NCBI GenBank assembly: GCA_019104935.1
Contig: JAHRWY010000265.1
Location: 2,485-66,484 of the forward strand
Length of the DNA stretch: 64,000 bases
From: Kaistella sp.
GTDB taxonomy: Bacteria > Bacteroidota > Bacteroidia > Flavobacteriales > Weeksellaceae
Reading direction: 5' to 3'
The notes under the pieces are model-generated. The model was given only the letters and a program-made list of their open reading frames with translations, made no database searches and was not told the origin of the DNA. Made by a program: the position numbers and the translations under genes. Of the stretch, positions 35,520-46,721 are shown piece by piece. The stretch's first letter is position 1. Each line of letters starts with the position of its first letter.

Positions 35520-36878
35520 TCATTTGCCCGAAAGCCATTCTACAATTCCGTCGTATAAAGTGTCGATATTTCCGGCTCCCACTGTTAATAAAATATCGAA
35601 ATCTTTTTCTTTAATCCTGCTGAAAGCATCTTCTAAAGTCGAAACTTCGCGAGTTTCCAAATTTATTTTTTCCGACAGCCAGGATGAGGTCACTCCTTCA
35701 AAATTTTCCTGTAATTCCCTCGCCGGATATATATCCAGCAGAATAAGTTCATCAGCTTTATCTAAACTTTCTGCAAAACCATCCGCAAAATCTCGGGTTC
35801 TGCTGAAGAGATGCGGCTGGAAAACCACCAAAAGTTTTTTCTCCGGGTAAAAGGTTTTGATGGAACCAATTACCGCGTTGAGTTCTGTGGGATGATGCGC
35901 GTAATCGTCGATATAAATTTTTCCGTTTTCGAAACGGTGTTTGGTATACCGTCTTTTAATTCCTTTAAAATTGGCAATTCCCTGTTTTAAAGTTTCGAAA
36001 TCAACGCCTAAATTATGAAGGATCGCAATAGCAACCGTCGCGTTCTCTACATTGTGAATTCCCGGAATTTCCCATTCGAAATCATCAATCTCTTCGGTTG
36101 GCGTGTGAAAATCGAAATATATTTTATCGCCGATTTCGCGGATATTGTCTGAATAATAATCAGCTTCCTCATTCACCGCATAGCTTTTGGCATTTCTGCC
36201 GATATTGATTCCTTTTCGGACAAAAAGCTGATTATCTGCCGGAACCAGATTTGCAAAATCTTTAAATCCTTGTTCAATCGTCGCTTTATCACCGTAAATA
36301 TCCAGATGATCGGCATCGGTAGAAGTTATCACCGCCCAATCCGGGGAAAGGTTCAGGAAACTTCTGTCGTATTCATCAGCCTCAACAACCGAAATGTCGT
36401 TTCCGTTGTAAAGGAAATTCGATTTGAAATTCTCTGCAATTCCACCTAAAAAAGCTGAAAACGAAAGATTGGCTTCTTTACAGAGATGCGCTACTAAGGA
36501 AGAGGTTGTGGTTTTCCCGTGCGTTCCTGCAACGGCGATACACGCGGTATTTTCAGTAATTAAACCCAGAACTTTTGCTCTCTTCAGCACCGTGAATCCA
36601 TGACCGTTGAAATGGTTTAAAATTTCGAGCTTTTTAATGGCAGGTGTGAAAATTACAAGCGTATTTTCCGGATTTAAATGCTTAGTTTCCTCAGAAACAA
36701 CATCTTCAAAAATAATATCAATTCCTTCTGAGATTAAAGCAGACGTAATTTTTGTCGCGGTTTTATCGTAACCCATCACTTTTTTTCCGGATGCATTGAA
36801 ATAACGCGCCAAAGCGCTCATTCCGATGCCGCCGATGCCTACAAAGTAGAAGTTCTGATATGTTGATAAAGCTTTCAT
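35520..36878 (-). CDS. murC: UDP-N-acetylmuramate--L-alanine ligase
   Basis: GIGGIGMSALA, GTHGKTTT, EADE, DDYAHHP, FQPH. Confidence 0.97.
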   Translation of the reverse strand: MKALSTYQNFYFVGIGGIGMSALARYFNASGKKVMGYDKTATKITSALISEGIDIIFEDVVSEETKHLNPENTLVIFTPAIKKLEILNHFNGHGFTVLKRAKVLGLITENTACIAVAGTHGKTTTSSLVAHLCKEANLSFSAFLGGIAENFKSNFLYNGNDISVVEADEYDRSFLNLSPDWAVITSTDADHLDIYGDKATIEQGFKDFANLVPADNQLFVRKGINIGRNAKSYAVNEEADYYSDNIREIGDKIYFDFHTPTEEIDDFEWEIPGIHNVENATVAIAILHNLGVDFETLKQGIANFKGIKRRYTKHRFENGKIYIDDYAHHPTELNAVIGSIKTFYPEKKLLVVFQPHLFSRTRDFADGFAESLDKADELILLDIYPARELQENFEGVTSSWLSEKINLETREVSTLEDAFSRIKEKDFDILLTVGAGNIDTLYDGIVEWLSGK

Positions 36879-36883
36879 CTCGC

Positions 36884-37996
36884 TTAGGATTTGATGTTTA
36901 AAGTGGATAAGATTTGAGTTACAATTTCCTGCGCTGCGTTGGGTTTCGCGAAGAAATCCAGGTTTGCAGACATTTCTTTCCTCAGGTTTTCGCTTTCGCA
37001 GATTTCCATGAGTGTAGGCCAGAATTTCTCCTTCATTTCTGTGTCTTTCACCATTCTTGCTGCATTTTTTTCTACCAGAGTCATCGCATTTTTGGTCTGA
37101 TGATCTTCTGCCGCAAAAGGAAACGGAACCAGAAGCACCGGTTTTTTTGCAACTGCCAGTTCAGAGATTGCAATGGCGCCGGCTCTTGACACGATAATAT
37201 CTGCTGCAGAATAGGCCAGCTCCATGTTTTTTATAAACTCAGCAATCTGAATGTTTCTGTTCTGTTTGGTTTCTGTTTCTGCTAAAATATTTTGGTAATC
37301 GGTTTTTCCGGTTTGCCAGATCAACTGATAATCTTTTTCTATGATTTCATCTAAATGTTCTTTCCACGCGTTATTCAGCGTTCGGGAGCCTAAGGAGCCG
37401 CCTACGGAAAGGATGGTGAGTTTATTTTTGTCTAAACCTGCTTTTTCTTTGGCGACATCACTTTCAATTAAGTTGGTAATGATGTTTTTACGGATCGGAT
37501 TTCCCAGAAAATATGTTTTTGTTCCGGAGAAAAATTTTTCCATATCCGGATATGCGGTAAATACTGCCTTCGCACGCTTTGCCAGATAAGTATTGGTCTT
37601 TCCTGGAAGTGAATTCTGTTCCTGCACAAAAATGGGAACGCCCAGTGCCGAGGCCATAAATAATGCAGGGCCGCTTGCAAAACCGCCGGTTCCTACTGCA
37701 AAATCTGGTTTGAATTCTTTAACTGTTTTCCTTGCTTTTGCCAGACTGGAAACAACTTTGAGCGGCAAGCCGATATTTTTAATAAGATTGCCTCTGTCGA
37801 ATCCTGAGATATTTAAACCTGTGATTTTATAGCCCGCCTGTGGAACTTTTTCCATTTCCATTTTTCCGTTGGCCCCGATAAACAGAAATTCAGCATCCGG
37901 AAATCTTTTTCTGATTTCATCGGCAATAGCGATAGCCGGGAAGATGTGTCCACCTGTTCCGCCGCCGCTCATTAAAACTTTTAACTTTCTGTTCAT
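36884..37996 (-). CDS. murG: lipid II GlcNAc transferase
   Basis: GGGTGGH, EQN, GNP, GGSLG, SRAGA; start set at ATG 37996. Confidence 0.97.
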   Translation of the reverse strand: MNRKLKVLMSGGGTGGHIFPAIAIADEIRKRFPDAEFLFIGANGKMEMEKVPQAGYKITGLNISGFDRGNLIKNIGLPLKVVSSLAKARKTVKEFKPDFAVGTGGFASGPALFMASALGVPIFVQEQNSLPGKTNTYLAKRAKAVFTAYPDMEKFFSGTKTYFLGNPIRKNIITNLIESDVAKEKAGLDKNKLTILSVGGSLGSRTLNNAWKEHLDEIIEKDYQLIWQTGKTDYQNILAETETKQNRNIQIAEFIKNMELAYSAADIIVSRAGAIAISELAVAKKPVLLVPFPFAAEDHQTKNAMTLVEKNAARMVKDTEMKEKFWPTLMEICESENLRKEMSANLDFFAKPNAAQEIVTQILSTLNIKS

Positions 37997-38015
37997 CTTT
38001 TTTAAAACCGTAATT

Positions 38016-39245
38016 TTATGCGATATCATTGATCTCTTCGATATCCTGTTTTTTGCCCATTCCTTCTTCATCATATACCTGTATTCTGGAGCTTACATTT
38101 AAAATAATCCCTAACTGAAGGTAGGTCACCAGCATCGATGTTCCACCATAACTGATCAACGGCAAAGGCTGCCCGGTCACCGGAATCAGGTTTACTGCGA
38201 CTGCAATGTTTACCGATAACTGCACAAAAATCATAATGCCTAGGCTCAGCACAAGTAAACTGCCGAAAAACGCCGGCATTTTACTGGCAATCATCACGAT
38301 TCTGATGATCATGATGAGATAGAGTGAAATAAGCACCAAAGCGCCGATAAATCCATATTCCTCAACAATAATTGCAAAAATAAAGTCGGAGGCAGATTGT
38401 GGCAGCATTTGCTTCAGTGCACTTTTTCCAGGTCCCATTCCGGCAATTCCACCGTGAACGATGGCGGCTTTCGCCTGCATTACCTGATAATTTTTGGCTT
38501 TGTCGATTTCGTTTTCCAGCTGATTTTCCTTTTTGGAATTCATGAAAACTTCTACACGGCTCATCCAGGTATGTACCCTGTTGTTCTCAATCAAATCAGT
38601 TTTCAGTGCGACAAACATGAAAATCCCAATGGCCAGTGAAGCGATTCCTACAAATCCGAAAATGTATTTTTTACTGAGCTGCCCTATAAGCATTACCGCC
38701 AGTGAAACGATGAGGATCATTAAAGCTGTAGATCCGTTATCCTTTGCTACCAAGCCAAATACGAGAAGAACCGGCCCGAAAATAAATAGAATATTTTCCC
38801 AGGTGTGGCGCTCTCTTTTAATTTTTTTGGTTAAATATCTGCACAGGTAAATGATAAGCAACAGATAAGCGAACGACGACGGCTGGAAGGAAATCGGCGT
38901 ACCAGGGATTTTCAGCCAACGTGAGGCTGAAGCACCGTCAATAGTTTGGCCTGCAAACATTGTTAATCCAAGCAGGAGAATCATGATGGCCAATAAAATA
39001 CTGCTCAGTTTACCGATGTGTTCGTATTTTACTACTCCAACGCCACGCATAATCGCCAGACCCAGCACTACAAAAAATGTGTGCTTAATTAAATGCGAAG
39101 TCGTGGTGCCGCTGTTTACAATATATTCCAGATTCGAACTTGCGGAATAGACAGGGAACACCGAAAAGAACGAAACCAGTAAGATTACGCTCCAAAGGAC
39201 TTTGTCGCCTTTCAATAATTCGAATTTGTTTTCTGTTTCCTGCAT
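38016..39245 (-). CDS. ftsW: SEDS peptidoglycan polymerase FtsW
   Basis: ASRW, FQPS, SDFIFAI..EE.G, PVTGQPLPLISYGGTS. Confidence 0.95.
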   Translation of the reverse strand: MQETENKFELLKGDKVLWSVILLVSFFSVFPVYSASSNLEYIVNSGTTTSHLIKHTFFVVLGLAIMRGVGVVKYEHIGKLSSILLAIMILLLGLTMFAGQTIDGASASRWLKIPGTPISFQPSSFAYLLLIIYLCRYLTKKIKRERHTWENILFIFGPVLLVFGLVAKDNGSTALMILIVSLAVMLIGQLSKKYIFGFVGIASLAIGIFMFVALKTDLIENNRVHTWMSRVEVFMNSKKENQLENEIDKAKNYQVMQAKAAIVHGGIAGMGPGKSALKQMLPQSASDFIFAIIVEEYGFIGALVLISLYLIMIIRIVMIASKMPAFFGSLLVLSLGIMIFVQLSVNIAVAVNLIPVTGQPLPLISYGGTSMLVTYLQLGIILNVSSRIQVYDEEGMGKKQDIEEINDIA

Positions 39246-39266
39246 TTTTGCGTCCCGTTTGGGGTA

Positions 39267-40592
39267 TTATTTTAAAACTTCTTTTTTAAATTTATTTCCG
39301 CGGTCTTCATAATTTTCGAATAAATCGAAACTTGCACAACATGGTGAAAGCAATACGGTATCGCCGCTTTTTGAAAGAGATTTTGCTGTTTTCACAGCGT
39401 CTTCCATGCTGGATGTGCTGTAGATTAATTCTTTCTTTTCTTTGAAAAAATCGATGATTTTTTGGTTGTCGAGCCCTAAACAGACAATTGCTTTTACCTT
39501 GCGTTTTACCAGATCTTCGATTTCGGTGTAGTCGTTTCCTTTATCTGTACCTCCAACAATCCATACGGTAGGCTGTTTCATACTTTCCAAAGCATAATAG
39601 GTCGCATTTACATTGGTAGCTTTGCTGTCGTTGATAAACCTTACGCCGTTAATTTCGGCTACCTGCTCCAACCGGTGTTCTACTGCCTGGAACGTGGTTA
39701 AGGAATTCCGGATGCTCTCATTGCTTATTTTAAGTATCTTACCAGCGATTGAAGCTGCCAGGCTGTTGGCAACATTATGGTTTCCTACCAATGCCAATTC
39801 ATCGATTTTCATTGAAAATTCGTCGTGAAGTTTTACCACCATTTTATCTTCGGTGAGATAACCGCCTTCTTTGAGTTTTTCTTTCAGGGAAAAAGGAATC
39901 ATTTTAGCTTTTATCTCGAGTTTTTCAAGAAGATTCATGCTCATTTCATCATCTTTGTTATAGATGAAGAAATTATCGTTTTCCTGATTCTCAGCAATTC
40001 TGAATTTTGCCAAAGCGTATTCTTCGTAATTGTAATTGTACTGATCCAGGTGATCCTGACTCAAATTCAACAACAGGGAAATATAAGGCCTGAAATTCTG
40101 GATATCGTCGAGCTGAAAAGAACTTACTTCCAGAACGTAATAATCAAAATTTTCATCAGCAACCTGTTTTGCAAAACTTTTACCGATATTTCCGCCTAAA
40201 CCTACCTTCAAATCGTCATTTTTCAGAATATGGTAAATCAGTGACGTTGTCGTTGTTTTGCCGTTGCTTCCGGTAATCGCGATGATTTTGGCATCGGTGA
40301 ATTCAGAAGCAAATTCAATTTCAGAGGAAAGCCGGATTCCTTTTTTGTTGATTTTCGAAATGATCTCAGCTTTTTTAGGAATTCCCGGTGATTTTATGAT
40401 CCAGTCGGCTGCAAGAATTCTATCTTCATCGTGCTTTCCTTCTTCATATTCTATGCCGGCATCGAGCAAAAGCTTTTTGTAGTCTTCCTTAACCAGACCT
40501 TTGTCTGAAAGAAAAACCTCCAAGCCTTTTTTCTTCGCTAAGTATGCTGCACCAAAGCCGCTTTCTCCGCCTCCTAAAACAACTATTTTCAT
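39267..40592 (-). CDS. murD: UDP-MurNAc-L-Ala--D-glutamate ligase
   Basis: GSNGKTTT, EVSSFQL, NDSKATN, SPCCASFD; start set at ATG 40592. Confidence 0.97.
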   Translation of the reverse strand: MKIVVLGGGESGFGAAYLAKKKGLEVFLSDKGLVKEDYKKLLLDAGIEYEEGKHDEDRILAADWIIKSPGIPKKAEIISKINKKGIRLSSEIEFASEFTDAKIIAITGSNGKTTTTSLIYHILKNDDLKVGLGGNIGKSFAKQVADENFDYYVLEVSSFQLDDIQNFRPYISLLLNLSQDHLDQYNYNYEEYALAKFRIAENQENDNFFIYNKDDEMSMNLLEKLEIKAKMIPFSLKEKLKEGGYLTEDKMVVKLHDEFSMKIDELALVGNHNVANSLAASIAGKILKISNESIRNSLTTFQAVEHRLEQVAEINGVRFINDSKATNVNATYYALESMKQPTVWIVGGTDKGNDYTEIEDLVKRKVKAIVCLGLDNQKIIDFFKEKKELIYSTSSMEDAVKTAKSLSKSGDTVLLSPCCASFDLFENYEDRGNKFKKEVLK

Positions 40593-40625
40593 TTTTTTGT
40601 TTTTTATTGACAAGTCAACCTGTCG

Positions 40626-41867
40626 CTATCTCACTTTTAAAGTAATTAAACAGATAATCGCAAATAGAACCCCGATAATGATCATTCGGTTCACGATTTT
40701 GCTCTCGTGATAACCTTCTTTTTGGTAATGATGGTGGAGGGGCGACATTTTGAAAAGTCTGTTATTCTGGGCATACTCGAGCCCATATTTTCTTTTTCTG
40801 TATTTGAAAACTGCCACCTGAAGCATCACAGAAATATTTTCGACAACGAAAATACCGCATAGCACAGGGATCATAAGTTCTTTTCTCAGGATAATGGCTA
40901 AAACAGCAATGACACCGCCCAGCATTAAACTGCCCGTGTCGCCCATAAATACCTGGGCCGGATAGGTATTGTACCAGAAAAAACCAATCACCGCACCCAC
41001 GAGGGCCAGAGCAAAAATAGTAGCTTCACCCATATTCGGGAGGAACATAATGTTGAGGTAGTCTGCAAAAATAATATTCCCGGAAATGTAGGCAAAAAAG
41101 GCCAGTGTAAGCAGAATGACGACACTTGTTCCCGCAGCAAGTCCATCGATCCCGTCTGTAATATTGGCGCCGTTGGAAACCGCAGTTACTATGAAAATTA
41201 CCATTGGAATAAATACGATCCAGGCCCATTCGTGGGCATCTTCAGGACTCATCCAGAAGAGTATTCCGCTGTAGTCGAATTCATTATTTTTAACGAAAGG
41301 TACTGTGGAAACGGTAGCTTTTTCCGTGGGCATGAAGTTTTTTTCGATGTTATTACGGTTGATTTCTTTGGCGTCAGCATATTTTCTTTTTACCGTAACA
41401 TCGGGATGAAAATACATGAGCACTCCCACGATCAATCCCAAACCAACCTGCCCGATAACTTTGAATTTTCCGCTTAAGCCATCTTTATTTTTCTTTATTT
41501 TCTTCAGATAATCATCAATGAAACCTATAACGCCCATCCACACCACCGAAACGATAAGTAATAGAATGTAAATGTTCATGATTTTGGTGAATAGCAAAAC
41601 CGGAATCAGGGTAGCCAGAATGATGATGAGTCCTCCCATTGTTGGCGTGCCTTCTTTTTGCTTTTGTCCTTCTAAACCCAGATCACGAACCAGTTCCCCC
41701 ATCTGCTGTTTGCGGAGGTAATTGATGATTTTTTTTCCGTAAACCAAAGCGATAATCAGGGACAGCAAAACCGCCATTCCTGCACGGAAAGAAATAAATC
41801 TGAACATACCGAGTCCGGGAACGTGAACCCCGATGCTGGTAAAATATTCGTAGAGATAGTATAACAT
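40626..41867 (-). CDS. mraY: phospho-MurNAc-pentapeptide transferase
   Basis: [30 protein letters not shown]. Confidence 0.97.
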   Translation of the reverse strand: MLYYLYEYFTSIGVHVPGLGMFRFISFRAGMAVLLSLIIALVYGKKIINYLRKQQMGELVRDLGLEGQKQKEGTPTMGGLIIILATLIPVLLFTKIMNIYILLLIVSVVWMGVIGFIDDYLKKIKKNKDGLSGKFKVIGQVGLGLIVGVLMYFHPDVTVKRKYADAKEINRNNIEKNFMPTEKATVSTVPFVKNNEFDYSGILFWMSPEDAHEWAWIVFIPMVIFIVTAVSNGANITDGIDGLAAGTSVVILLTLAFFAYISGNIIFADYLNIMFLPNMGEATIFALALVGAVIGFFWYNTYPAQVFMGDTGSLMLGGVIAVLAIILRKELMIPVLCGIFVVENISVMLQVAVFKYRKRKYGLEYAQNNRLFKMSPLHHHYQKEGYHESKIVNRMIIIGVLFAIICLITLKVR

Positions 41868-41905
41868 TTTCTTTGGTTTTCGGTTAAAATTTAAATTCTC
41901 GCAAA

Positions 41906-43366
41906 TTATTTCGACATTAATTTTGCGAGTTCCACAATGGTTTCTTTATCATCAAAATGGTGTTTTACGCCATTGATTTCCTGATAATCTTCGTGCCCTT
42001 TTCCGGCAAGAAGGATGATGTCTCTCGGTTCCGCAAATTTAATCGCCATTTTTATGGCTTCTTTACGGTCGGGAATCGAGGTGTATTTGCTGAAATTCTG
42101 CGGTTCCACACCTGCTTCAATTTCTTTGATAATTGCCGCCGGATCTTCAGTTCTTGGATTATCGCTTGTGATGATGGCCAGCGTTGATTTTCTTGTTGCA
42201 ATTTTGCCCATTTCGGGACGTTTTGCATGATCACGGTCACCGCCACAGCCGAAAATCGTAATCAGTCTTTCGTTTTTTGTGCGGATATCGTTGATGGAAT
42301 CTAAAATATTTTCGAGTGCGTCGGGCGTGTGCGCATAGTCGATAACAAAGAAAATTCCGCTGTCGGATTTCAGGGTTTCGAAACGTCCCTTTACTTTTTT
42401 CAGCGTTGAGATGGCTTTCAGTACATCTTCTTCATGAAAACCGCTTTCGATGGCAACTGCATAAGCCAGCAGCAGGTTGTAAACATTGAATTTCCCGGTT
42501 AAGGTGGTCCAGAATTCTCTGCCGCCAAAATTCAGCAGCATCCCATTGAAATCTGTTTCCAGAATTCTGCCGTGGTAATTTGCCATGGTTTTCAGCGCGT
42601 AAGTTTTTTGCGTTGCTTTTGTATTCTGAAGCATCACAGTTCCGTTTTTGTCATCAATGTTGGTGATGGCAATGGCTTCCGGATTCAGTTCATCAAAAAA
42701 CCTTTTTTTGGTTTTGAGGTATTCGCTGAAGGTTTTATGATAGTCTAAATGATCGTGAGAAATATTGGTAAATCCAGCAATTTTAAAATTCAGACCTTCA
42801 GTTCTGTTCTGGTGAATTCCGTGCGAAGAAACTTCCATAAAGGCATATTCACAGCCCACTTCAACCGCTTTTGCCAGCATTTGGTTTAATCGTACAACAT
42901 CGGGCGTGGTGTGCGTTGACGGAATGATTTCGTCTGCAATTCGGTATTCAACCGTCGAAATTAAAGCAGATTTAAATCCTAAATTCTTGAAAATATCGAA
43001 CAAAAGGGTAGTAACCGAAGTTTTCCCGTTCGTGCCTGTAATTCCAATTAAACTGAGTTTTTCTGAAGGATTTCCGTAAAAATTTGAAGCCAGCTGACCC
43101 AAAGTTTTCGAAGCATCTTTCACCTGAATGTAAGTGATTTCTGGATTAAGATTCTCAGGCAGAACTTCGCAAACAATCGCTATGGCACCTTTTGCGATGG
43201 ACGCATCAATAAAAGAATGTCCATCGGAAACCGTTCCTCTCACAGCGACATACAGCGAATTTTCCACAGCTTTACGGCTGTCGAAAACGATTTCCGAAAT
43301 CTCCGGGTTTTTACTTCCGGAAATTTCAAGTACTGGGATTCTGTTCAATAATGCTTCTAAATTCAT
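41906..43366 (-). CDS. murE: UDP-MurNAc-tripeptide synthetase (meso-DAP type)
   Basis: GTNGKTS, MEVSSH, DYAHTPD, DNPR (DAP specificity); start set at ATG 43366. Confidence 0.97.
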   Translation of the reverse strand: MNLEALLNRIPVLEISGSKNPEISEIVFDSRKAVENSLYVAVRGTVSDGHSFIDASIAKGAIAIVCEVLPENLNPEITYIQVKDASKTLGQLASNFYGNPSEKLSLIGITGTNGKTSVTTLLFDIFKNLGFKSALISTVEYRIADEIIPSTHTTPDVVRLNQMLAKAVEVGCEYAFMEVSSHGIHQNRTEGLNFKIAGFTNISHDHLDYHKTFSEYLKTKKRFFDELNPEAIAITNIDDKNGTVMLQNTKATQKTYALKTMANYHGRILETDFNGMLLNFGGREFWTTLTGKFNVYNLLLAYAVAIESGFHEEDVLKAISTLKKVKGRFETLKSDSGIFFVIDYAHTPDALENILDSINDIRTKNERLITIFGCGGDRDHAKRPEMGKIATRKSTLAIITSDNPRTEDPAAIIKEIEAGVEPQNFSKYTSIPDRKEAIKMAIKFAEPRDIILLAGKGHEDYQEINGVKHHFDDKETIVELAKLMSK

Positions 43367-43409
43367 TTTATATCTCAGGGACAAGCCTTGCAGCCTGTTC
43401 CAGCTTTTT

Positions 43410-45401
43410 TTAATTCTGTAAACTCAGGTAAATTCTTTGGTTTTTCTTAATCGTGGTGCCTTCCACCGGAAATTGTTCTTTAATGCGTCCAACGCCTTTG
43501 TAATCAACTCTATAGCCTTGGTTTTCAAGTTGGGGAATTACGTTTTTCCCGATGAGCCCCACCACTTTCGGCATTTGTTTACCTCTGACAGCGATTTTTT
43601 CGGTTGGTTCCACCATTTTGCTGAGATCAACTTTTTTGTCAACCAGCATTTCTCTTTCAATATTTTGCGGCGTTTTCAGGAAGGTTTTTCCTGCAATTTC
43701 TTTAAAAACCGGCGCGGCTACAGTTGATCCGTAATAACTTTTAGATTTATCTGGCTGATTAACCATCACAATGCAAGTATATTTGGGATTGTCGGAAGGG
43801 TAGAATCCGGCAAAACTCGCCTGATATTTTGCGGGACCGGGTTTCCAGTACTCGAATCTTGCGGTTCCCGTTTTTCCGGCCATTTTCAGGTTCGGGGTGA
43901 AAATACTTCTTGCCGTACCTTTTTCAACGGCTTTTGTCAGCGCGTTGGTCATCATTGTAATTGCTTTTTCAGAAGCCATTTTTTTAACCATAACTTCTGG
44001 TTGAGCGGAATACAGAATCTGCCCGTCTTTCATGATTTTATCAATGAAAAGCGGTTTCAGCATTTTACCTTTGTTGGCGATTCCGTTATAGAATGTGGTT
44101 AGCTGCAGCAGATTGAATCTTGAGGAGTATCCATAAGAAAGTGAAGCCAGTGTCGCAGCGTTCCATCTTTTGTTTTCTGGGGTTACAATGAAAGGTTTGG
44201 TGATTCCGGGAAGCTCAATGTCCATTTTTTCGAACATTTTCCATCTCTTTAAGTGATCCAGAAAAACCTGTGGTTTATCGGCGTAATATTGGGTAATGAG
44301 TTTCGCTGACCCTACGTTGCTGGATTTTGCCAGAACATCGGCGATTTCATAAACTCCACCGCCATGACCGTCGGAAATTCTCTGCTTGGCATACGTCCAC
44401 ACGCCATTTCCAACATTTACTGTGGTGTTTTCATCAATAAAACCATCATCCATTGCGGCTAACAGAGACACCGTTTTGAAGGTTGAGCCAGGTTCTGTGG
44501 CGTCTTTAAGTGCGTAATTATAGGAATCCACATACATTCCTGGTTCGGTACGCTTTAGGTTGACCATTGCTTTCACTTTGCCTGTAGCGACTTCCATTAC
44601 CAATACAGAACCGTGGTCTGCATCGAAATTGATGAGTTGCTTTTCGAGTGCTGAATGCGCAATATCCTGAATCCGTAAATCGATCGTGGTGTAAACATCC
44701 TGGCCGTCTACAGGTTCCTTAACTTTCCAGTAATCAATGGGTTTCCACTGGCTGGAGTTTACACGCTGCTCCAGGCGGGTTCCGTCGACTCCTGTCATGT
44801 ATTTGGAGAAGGCGCCTTCCAAACCAGATTTTGTAACGCCGTTATCCATTCCAATAGTCCCGGCGCCGATCTGCGTTGTGGCGAGTTCTCGTTTAAAATT
44901 CCGGTCAACGATAAATCCACCGCGGTTTTTTCCTTTCTTAAAAATCGGAAACTTACGGATTCGGTCGTACTCATCGAAATCGAGACCTTTTACCAAAGAA
45001 TAGTATTGGTTATTTGCTTTTTTCTGCTGATCGAGCCTGTCTCTGAAATAACTTCTTGGCTTTCCGAACATTTTGGAAAGAGAATCGGTAAGTGCGCCAA
45101 TGTTGTTGGAGTAAACTGTATCTTTTATTGTTTTGAAATCGAGAAAAACATCATAACGCATTACCGTAGTGGCGAGAATGGAACCGTCGGCAGCATAAAG
45201 ATTTCCGCGCGCAGCTTTTAAAGTAGCTTCACGATAATTTTTACTGATGTAATCGTCTTTAATTTCCTGAACATTCGTGTTTTGAAGAATAAGAATCCTG
45301 GCTAAAAACACCACAAAAAGTATGAAGGCTGCCCCGGCAAAAAGGTAGCCCCATCTCAAAGTTTTTGAGCGCTTATTTTCGAATTCATTGAGTACTGCCA
45401 T
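43410..45401 (-). CDS. ftsI: class B penicillin-binding protein with a C-terminal PASTA domain
   Basis: EPGSTFK, SSN and KTGT motifs; MPKVVG PASTA. Confidence 0.93.
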   Translation of the reverse strand: MAVLNEFENKRSKTLRWGYLFAGAAFILFVVFLARILILQNTNVQEIKDDYISKNYREATLKAARGNLYAADGSILATTVMRYDVFLDFKTIKDTVYSNNIGALTDSLSKMFGKPRSYFRDRLDQQKKANNQYYSLVKGLDFDEYDRIRKFPIFKKGKNRGGFIVDRNFKRELATTQIGAGTIGMDNGVTKSGLEGAFSKYMTGVDGTRLEQRVNSSQWKPIDYWKVKEPVDGQDVYTTIDLRIQDIAHSALEKQLINFDADHGSVLVMEVATGKVKAMVNLKRTEPGMYVDSYNYALKDATEPGSTFKTVSLLAAMDDGFIDENTTVNVGNGVWTYAKQRISDGHGGGVYEIADVLAKSSNVGSAKLITQYYADKPQVFLDHLKRWKMFEKMDIELPGITKPFIVTPENKRWNAATLASLSYGYSSRFNLLQLTTFYNGIANKGKMLKPLFIDKIMKDGQILYSAQPEVMVKKMASEKAITMMTNALTKAVEKGTARSIFTPNLKMAGKTGTARFEYWKPGPAKYQASFAGFYPSDNPKYTCIVMVNQPDKSKSYYGSTVAAPVFKEIAGKTFLKTPQNIEREMLVDKKVDLSKMVEPTEKIAVRGKQMPKVVGLIGKNVIPQLENQGYRVDYKGVGRIKEQFPVEGTTIKKNQRIYLSLQN

Positions 45402-45750
45402 CTGTACTGTCTAATTTTATCAATAATTTGTGTGGGTGGTTTTCCAGTGATAAAAGGGAATCTTCCACCATCTCCTTGCCCAGTTCCGATTCCAGTTTTA
45501 CTTTAATCAGTCTGCTTTGGGCGTATGCGTTTCTCGATTTATATTCTTCGGTCTGTTCTTTTAATTCATTTACCAGTTCAATTTTTTTACTCACCAAATG
45601 GTTACTGTAAATCATAATCATCAAAAGCAGAAAAATCAGCAGAAAGTACCGGTAATGAATTTTCACTTCATCACGGTTCAGAAAATTCCCCTTTATGATG
45701 TCAATAAAGGTTAATTTTTTCTGGGGGCGATATGTTTGTTTTTTTGCCAT
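45385..45750 (-). CDS. ftsL: FtsL-like cell division protein
   Basis: TM helix plus coiled coil, located between rsmH and ftsI. Confidence 0.8.
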   Translation of the reverse strand: MAKKQTYRPQKKLTFIDIIKGNFLNRDEVKIHYRYFLLIFLLLMIMIYSNHLVSKKIELVNELKEQTEEYKSRNAYAQSRLIKVKLESELGKEMVEDSLLSLENHPHKLLIKLDSTDGSTQ

Positions 45751-45776
45751 TTTTACGATGAATTTATTAATTCATC

Positions 45777-46670
45777 TTACACTTTTATTCCCACACGCAT
45801 TTTTGCGCTTCTTGCCCGTGAGTTTTCTTCTATTTCTGCGTGATCCGGCATAATTGCCCTGCTCTGAAGCAGGTTAAATGCTTTCGCATAATTTCCGTAG
45901 ATATCGCGCTCGGGTTCACCCTCGAACATGCCGTTCTTCAGGAAACGCTTTACCAGTCTGTCTTCCAGAGAATGATATGAGATTACGACCAGTCTGCCTT
46001 CGGGATTCAATATTTTATATGCCTGAAGGAGCATTTCTTTGAGAACCTCCAACTCCTGATTTACTTCAATTCTGATGGCCTGAAAAACCTGTGCGAAAAA
46101 CTTATTCTGTTTGAATGCCGGGATGTAGCTGAAGAGTTTTTTCAGATCCTCTGTGGTTTCAACAGGTTTTATTTTTCTGTGGTGCACAATTTCGCGCGCC
46201 AGTTTTCTGGATTCCCGTAAGTCTCCGTAATAGTAAAAAATATTGGCGAGCTGTTCTTCTTCGTATTGGTTAATGATTTTTTTGGCGTCCAGAACCTGCA
46301 TCACATTCATCCGCATATCCAGCGGTGCATTGCTTCTTGTAGAGAAACCGCGTTCTGCTTCATCAAACTGATGGGACGATACGCCTAAATCTGCCAGAAT
46401 TCCGTCTACCTTATTAATACCATAAACCAGTAGGGAATTTTCTAAAAACCTGAAATTCTGATTGATGAGGGTAAATCTTTCGTCCTCAATAGTGTTTTTG
46501 AGTGCGTCCAGATCCTGGTCAAAACTGAAAAGCTTGCCTTTCGGTGAAAGTCTTTTCAGGATTTCCCGGGAATGCCCACCACCACCGAAAGTAACATCAA
46601 CGTAAATTCCGTCAGGATTCGTTACCAAATCATCAACACTTTTCTTCAACAAAACCGGATTGTGATACAT
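45777..46670 (-). CDS. rsmH: 16S rRNA m4C1402 methyltransferase
   Basis: HNPVL, TFGGGGHS, DLGVSS, PLDMRM, SYHSLEDR, ARSAK. Confidence 0.97.
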   Translation of the reverse strand: MYHNPVLLKKSVDDLVTNPDGIYVDVTFGGGGHSREILKRLSPKGKLFSFDQDLDALKNTIEDERFTLINQNFRFLENSLLVYGINKVDGILADLGVSSHQFDEAERGFSTRSNAPLDMRMNVMQVLDAKKIINQYEEEQLANIFYYYGDLRESRKLAREIVHHRKIKPVETTEDLKKLFSYIPAFKQNKFFAQVFQAIRIEVNQELEVLKEMLLQAYKILNPEGRLVVISYHSLEDRLVKRFLKNGMFEGEPERDIYGNYAKAFNLLQSRAIMPDHAEIEENSRARSAKMRVGIKV

Positions 46671-46721
46671 TCTATATTATATTAAGGTGAAGTGGCCGCT
46701 GCGCACTCCGTTTTGGAATAA

